From: Ruditapes philippinarum
Taxonomy: Eukaryota
Reading direction: 5' to 3'
DNA length: 64,000 nt
Assembly (NCBI RefSeq): GCF_026571515.1
Contig: NW_026857023.1
Coordinates: 1 to 64,000, forward strand
The notes under the pieces are model-generated. The model was not told where the DNA came from. It saw only the letters and a program-made list of their open reading frames with translations, and ran no database searches. Shown one piece after another: positions 60,901 to 64,000 of the stretch. The first letter of the stretch is position 1. Every line of letters starts with the position of its first letter. A program made the translations under genes and the position numbers.

Positions 60901-63655
60901 GACAAATGCTTTCAGTTTCAACAGGAAAAGGGTAGAAGATAATGACATCAAACCGAAGGTTAAACAATACTTTTAAATACATGTATAACACTTTGTTAAG
61001 AAATGTCTTGTAAATTTTCATATCATGCATTTTCATATCATAATCTTTGTTAATTTTTGAGTTTTTGATTTTTTTTTTTTCAGCTTGTTTCATAAGCCAT
61101 GCCAGATGTCACATTGTTGCTCACTGAAAAACAACTACCAGCTTGGCTTAAAACTTTTCTAACATCACCAAGGCAACTTTAAGTCTGGTATAGCTAGTGC
61201 AGCATAAAACTGCTGAAGATAAACTATTTGACATATCTCCTACTCTCTTTGTTTCACCACTACATAAAGAATATCCAGTAAACTGATTAAGTTCAAGTAA
61301 AAAGTTTGATTTTTTTAAACAAAAACTAATTAAAAATTTGCTTTCATGCAGAGATCATAAAAAGACAGCAACCAAATTGAATACCCTTGTAACTTTTTCA
61401 AACAGAATTGAAGGATAAAAAATGTACTATGAATTAAATTAGAAACTGTCAAACATTAGATATTTGATGATTACCCCTTCAAGCTGTCAAAGAAGGAGAC
61501 TATGTAACTGTGTATATGAAGAATTTCATCTCTACACAGTTGTACAATATAGCCAGACTGCAATGCTGTCTTCCATAGATCCCACGCCTTAGAATCTTGT
61601 AGGTACTGGTGACATAACATCAAACCAACTGTAAAAGAAAACATTTATAAAACTATATTGTAAAATCAAAATCATAGAAAGAAAATAGCTATATTTTTAG
61701 ATATGACAAAATTTGATTGGTTATATGGCCCAGAACAAACTTTTATAAGCTTATATAACCTTAGTAGCTTGTGAAAAGTTGCGAAATAACTTTACACAAA
61801 AGTTCATTTCTTTAAAGTATACATTATTTATTTTAGTTTGATTGTGTTGGAAGCTATAAGCTTATTGAAACACTCTCAAATCTGTTTCGGGAACCAACCA
61901 GTTCTAAGCAATGAATGTAAAGATTCTTGCTAAAGGAAACAACAACTTGTCCCCTGAAAGGGTTTGAACCCATGCCGTCAGCAATCCTTATACTACTAGT
62001 CTGACGCGTTAGCCATTGGCAACACTGCCACTCATTTCTTTGAATGTTATAAAATAAATCAATAACTTTTTAGCAGCAATATATAAATAATATACATGTA
62101 TGTATATATCACAACTGTGTGTTGTGACTATCGTTAAGTAATCACTTTAACAAAACTTTGTATTCTTCTAAAATACAATCCCACAATACTGTTTATAACT
62201 GTTAATGAATTATCCAGATTACTCTATCGATGAACAAGGTTCTGACTATAGAATCGAGTTTAAAAATATTTTCAATGTTCTGTGAATTTAATGCCCGTTT
62301 TTTCATCATCAGGTAAATCAAGTTTACTCACATATAATCCATCTTTCTAGTATATCCTGAGACAGGTATTCACACTGGATCTGAAATAGATTCAAATAAT
62401 TGACATTAAAACTGATATACTCTCTTATAAAACAGTTTATTCAATATTCTATAGCGTTTTTTCTCTCCTTTAGACAAGTCCTCCAACCACAGCAGGGGTG
62501 TGGAAATCCTTTGCCCGACTTGTCCGACTCGAAAATTATCCTGGGGGACAAGTAGATTTTTCTACTGAACTTGTAAGTGGACGAGTGAAAATCTGAGCCA
62601 GTAGAAGATATAAAATACTGCATTTCTACCCCTTATCAATGAGAAACAATACAATTATTTAAGAATGTTCAGATTTAATAAGCACCAAAATGAAGATAGT
62701 TCAGACATATTTCATGTGTTAATAACTGGGCAAGTAAAGCTGCAGACAAGTGAAAATTTCTACCAAATTCCATGGGCGAGTGGCAAAGATTCATATTTCA
62801 ACACCCCTGCACAGCAAATTTCCATTTTCTTTAAAATGGTGTTAAGATTATTTAAAATTTTGCTGTTGTTGCAAGTAATATTTTTGCAATTTACCAAATT
62901 TGCCTTACCTAAAATTTTCCAAAATGAAAGGATCAGGAAATTATCCTAATAAAGATATATCCTTGATTTATTGTATGTATATATGACTTACCGATGATCA
63001 TAATATCTGATCATAAACTATGTTGCTCACACACAATAACAGTTCTTAATAATTGTTGGTTTATACAGAATTTATTTTAGTTCGATTGTGCAGGAAGCTA
63101 TAAGCTTATAAACGCACTTTCAAATCCGTTCCTGGAACCAACCAGTACTGAGCAATGAGTGTAAAATTTCTTGCCCAAGGAAACAACTTCTTGCCTCTGT
63201 CAGGGTTTGAACCCATACGGCTAGCAATCATTAAATTACTAGTCTGAAGAGTTAACCACTCGGCCATGCCGCCACAATAATAATTGTTCATATGTGTCTT
63301 TAATAAACTCCCTTGGTACTAAGTGAATCAGATTACTCAATGATAACTAGAAATGTGTTCGTAGGTCATGGATGCCCCCACATTCTAGTTTTATCAGTCT
63401 ACAGACAGAACGACAGCCCAAAAAGATATCCCCCAAGCCTCTAAGCAGTCTCCAAGTGTCTCTTATTTCTTAATTATAACATAGTAATACTAAACAATTA
63501 TGTTATAAATGAGTTACCGTAGTGGTTGTAGGAACCTGGCTGATTTTCTGTGGTTCTGCGAGCAGACTTAGTACCTGCATAGCCCTCAGTTGATCTGCTG
63601 TAAGTGTTTTCTTACTGTATATATCATGTAGTGATAGTATTGCTGGTATCAAAAC
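25367..63655 (-). CDS. NCKAP1: Nck-associated protein 1 (Nap1/Hem-2, WAVE regulatory complex), 26 coding exons in window, 5' part outside window
   Basis: Spliced translation matches recalled NCKAP1 motifs ([67 protein letters not shown]); all introns GT-AG with consistent phases. Confidence 0.97.
25737..26521. mobile_element. pogo/Tigger-like MITE
   Basis: TA|CAGTAGAACTTC ... GAAGTTCTACTG|TA; repeated sub-terminal GTCGA motifs. Confidence 0.82.
26578..26667 (-). CDS. NCKAP1: NCKAP1 exon ([12 protein letters not shown]...[10 protein letters not shown])
   Basis: cag|90 nt|gttag. Confidence 0.95.
27049..27161 (-). CDS. NCKAP1: NCKAP1 exon ([14 protein letters not shown]...EFLA)
   Basis: cag|113 nt|gtatg. 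Confidence 0.95.
27500..27728 (-). mobile_element. Short HINE-like remnant
   Basis: AAGGGGCATAACTC core unit; TAGCTTGGC..GACTAGCTAAAAA end. Confidence 0.55.
27751..27864 (-). CDS. NCKAP1: NCKAP1 exon ([19 protein letters not shown]...SVE)
   Basis: cag|114 nt|gtaag. Confidence 0.95.
27916..27965. repeat. (TAA)n microsatellite
   Basis: About 16 perfect units. Confidence 0.95.
28358..28442 (-). CDS. NCKAP1: NCKAP1 exon ([17 protein letters not shown]...QKH)
   Basis: tag|85 nt|gtgagt. Confidence 0.93.
30760..31260. repeat. ~55-63-bp tandem repeat (TATGGACTTGCCTTTTTATTTGAACCAATG...)
   Basis: About 8 units visible. Confidence 0.85.
32408..32650 (-). mobile_element. tRNA-derived SINE family 2 (degenerate copies ~38330, 42420, 45855, 46760, 48515)
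   Basis: Head GGGGCGTCTGTGGCCGAGAG (A box); shared GAAGACCTCA..TGCATTATTTCAGG..CCTGAGTA core. Confidence 0.65.
33455..33535 (-). CDS. NCKAP1: NCKAP1 exon ([13 protein letters not shown]...KDSM)
   Basis: tag|81 nt|gtaagt. Confidence 0.93.
33858..33969 (-). mobile_element. SINE family 1 deleted copy
   Basis: Head and tail retained, core missing. Confidence 0.65.
34049..34131 (-). CDS. NCKAP1: NCKAP1 exon ([13 protein letters not shown]...EALND)
   Basis: cag|83 nt|gtaag. Confidence 0.95.
34404..34931 (-). mobile_element. Second double-inverted-repeat (Crypton-like) family
   Basis: Minus strand starts AGAGGATATT; IR pair TTTGTTTT.CAT.TAAGATTGAAATATA, then TTTATTTCATGC / GCATGAAATAAA. Confidence 0.65.
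39223..39316 (-). CDS. NCKAP1: NCKAP1 exon (KLVVAN...RTSFDKP...FRKLV)
   Basis: tag|94 nt|gtgagt. Confidence 0.95.
39411..40172. repeat. Homogeneous 40-bp minisatellite, 19 copies
   Basis: AATTGGGTTTCTCAGCCACTGYGTRAGCAGGCTTTGTTTA. Confidence 0.97.
40518..40615 (-). CDS. NCKAP1: NCKAP1 exon ([14 protein letters not shown]...DELK)
   Basis: cag|98 nt|gtaac. Confidence 0.95.
41186..41325 (-). CDS. NCKAP1: NCKAP1 exon (YLEVFLRRV...AEEYADLS)
   Basis: cag|140 nt|gtttg. Confidence 0.93.
41974..42079 (-). CDS. NCKAP1: NCKAP1 exon ([12 protein letters not shown]...YTN)
   Basis: cag|106 nt|gtaag. Confidence 0.95.
42679..42794 (-). CDS. NCKAP1: NCKAP1 exon ([22 protein letters not shown]...IENY)
   Basis: cag|116 nt|gtatg. 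Confidence 0.95.
44817..44977. mobile_element. Small MITE
   Basis: TIR CCAGGCCTCAAGGTTATAAA / TTTATAACCTTAAGTCCAGG. Confidence 0.55.
47512..47643 (-). CDS. NCKAP1: NCKAP1 exon ([12 protein letters not shown]...ETRFN)
   Basis: aag|132 nt|gtaagt. Confidence 0.95.
48357..48493 (-). CDS. NCKAP1: NCKAP1 exon (LLPKH...[16 protein letters not shown])
   Basis: tag|137 nt|gtaaa. Confidence 0.93.
49027..49146 (-). CDS. NCKAP1: NCKAP1 exon (RHSIG...[10 protein letters not shown])
   Basis: cag|120 nt|gtcag. Confidence 0.93.
49441..49643 (-). mobile_element. tRNA-derived SINE family 1
   Basis: A-box and B-box head; GAGCAAGAAAC..CATTGCTTAGTACTGGTTGGTT core; shared tail. Confidence 0.8.
49828..49960 (-). 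CDS. NCKAP1: NCKAP1 exon (FYTTIFE...LCPEE)
   Basis: cag|133 nt|gtaac. Confidence 0.95.
50461..50606 (-). CDS. NCKAP1: NCKAP1 exon (AYTSVSK...SDLSIY)
   Basis: tag|146 nt|gtcag. Confidence 0.95.
51076..51134 (-). CDS. NCKAP1: NCKAP1 exon ([19 protein letters not shown])
   Basis: cag|59 nt|gtaat. Confidence 0.95.
51651..51813 (-). mobile_element. SINE family 1 copy (internal deletion)
   Basis: Similarity to other copies. Confidence 0.75.
51853..51934 (-). CDS. NCKAP1: NCKAP1 exon ([12 protein letters not shown]...VKQ)
   Basis: cag|82 nt|gtaac. Confidence 0.94.
52365..52456 (-). CDS. NCKAP1: NCKAP1 exon ([17 protein letters not shown]...LIQ)
   Basis: tag|92 nt|gtata. Confidence 0.94.
52712..52752 (-). 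CDS. NCKAP1: NCKAP1 exon ([13 protein letters not shown])
   Basis: cag|41 nt|gtaagt. Confidence 0.92.
53266..53487 (-). CDS. NCKAP1: NCKAP1 exon ([12 protein letters not shown]...EDFVDR)
   Basis: cag|222 nt|gtaag; ORF 53262-53507. Confidence 0.96.
54695..56972. mobile_element. HINE-like element with ~146/155-bp tandem array
   Basis: About 9 AAAGGGCAATAACTC units; (CCGA)n microsatellite; terminal hairpin TATACCCCCCC..GGGGGTATA. Confidence 0.82.
54818..55438. mobile_element. piggyBac-like MITE nested in HINE
   Basis: TTAA|CCCTTTACCAC ... GGGGGAAAGGG|TTAA. Confidence 0.7.
58721..60217. mobile_element. HINE-like element with ~167-bp tandem array
   Basis: ATCCCCCGCCGA / TCGGCGGGGGAT inverted repeat; (GGAC)n; 6 AATCAAGGGCCATAA units. 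Confidence 0.82.
59964..60128. mobile_element. Small TIR element inserted in the (GGAC)n tract
   Basis: CTCAC-AGGACAGTAATTATGTGG / CCACATAATTACTGTCCTAGTGAG. Confidence 0.7.
60620..60682 (-). CDS. NCKAP1: NCKAP1 exon ([20 protein letters not shown])
   Basis: tag|63 nt|gtaagt, phase 2-2. Confidence 0.88.
61475..61628 (-). CDS. NCKAP1: NCKAP1 exon (GLMLCHQ...FDSLKG)
   Basis: cag|154 nt|gtaat; LWK.ALQS..RDE.HIH motif. Confidence 0.93.
61831..62033 (-). mobile_element. SINE family 1 copy
   Basis: GGGTTCAAACCC B box; shared core and tail. Confidence 0.8.
62332..62380 (-). CDS. NCKAP1: NCKAP1 exon ([16 protein letters not shown])
   Basis: cag|49 nt|gtgagt. Confidence 0.93.
62493..62809. mobile_element. 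MITE with CAGGGGTGT TIRs
   Basis: CAGGGGTGTGGAAAT / ATTTCAACACCCCTG; CACAG duplicated on both sides. Confidence 0.7.
63071..63274 (-). mobile_element. SINE family 1 copy
   Basis: GGCGGCATGGCCGAGTGGTTAA A box; GGGTTCAAACCC B box. Confidence 0.82.
63518..63655 (-). CDS. NCKAP1: NCKAP1 exon ([10 protein letters not shown]...VPTTTT)
   Basis: cag|138 nt|gtaac; aligns to SLSDALISLQMVY..ADQWR region. Confidence 0.9.
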
Positions 63656-64000
63656 CTGTCAAAGAGTTACTATGTTTTTATTATAGTTTATACTATGTTT
63701 GTTACATGGCTTTTCATTGGATAATCTTGCAGTTTATATAGTTTTATATACACAACTGCTATAAATTTATGAAGATATTTCACTTTTTTTCTCTTAAAAA
63801 GATGCTTCATGTATAATAAATTTGTTATAGATAATCCTTACAGGTTACATAGCCATTAATAACCAGTAGTCTGCAATTAAAATATTCAACAACCATTATA
63901 TAGGTAATAGCTGTCAATTTTATAACAAAAACTTTTAATCAATTATCACCACATATTGACGAACTTGTAATAGAATATCAGAATTATTAAGCTTGGACTT

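Noticed and set aside
60897-60908. 12-nt in-frame microexon candidate
   Set aside because: Weak donor, and the sequence resembles the decayed end of a MITE (TACTGGTGGCAAA motif also seen near 44790 and 50140)
61385-62241. 8-nt and 19-nt microexon candidates
   Set aside because: Weak donors (gtattc, gtaatc); not distinguishable from chance
63200-63274. tRNA gene
   Set aside because: A/B boxes belong to a multi-copy SINE head; no full cloverleaf seen

Overview
AT-rich eukaryotic genomic DNA; the repeat repertoire (Helentron-type elements with internal satellites, tRNA SINEs, a Steamer-like retroelement) points to a bivalve mollusc (inference). From 25367 to 63655 the minus strand carries 26 coding exons of NCKAP1 (Nap1/Hem-2, WAVE complex). 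All have GT-AG boundaries with consistent phases down to the stop codon; the 5' exons lie beyond the window. The left 25 kb is TE-dense. A 5'-truncated, decayed APE-RT LINE (6022-9890, minus) sits exactly between two copies of a ~3 kb genomic segment (2439-6021 and 9886-17531), a geometry like a giant target-site duplication. The second copy holds a full-length 5007-bp Steamer-like Ty3/Gypsy element with 222-bp LTRs (2 mismatches), a tRNA-Leu PBS and an ATAAT TSD. Also present are an internally deleted mariner, nested Helentron-like elements, Kolobok/piggyBac/pogo-like MITEs, double-hairpin Crypton-like elements, SINEs and minisatellites. Best leads: (1) the LINE-bridged kilobase duplication; (2) a series of microexon-like units with strong splice signals in NCKAP1 introns (unconfirmed). 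All analysis was by eye; no searches were run.
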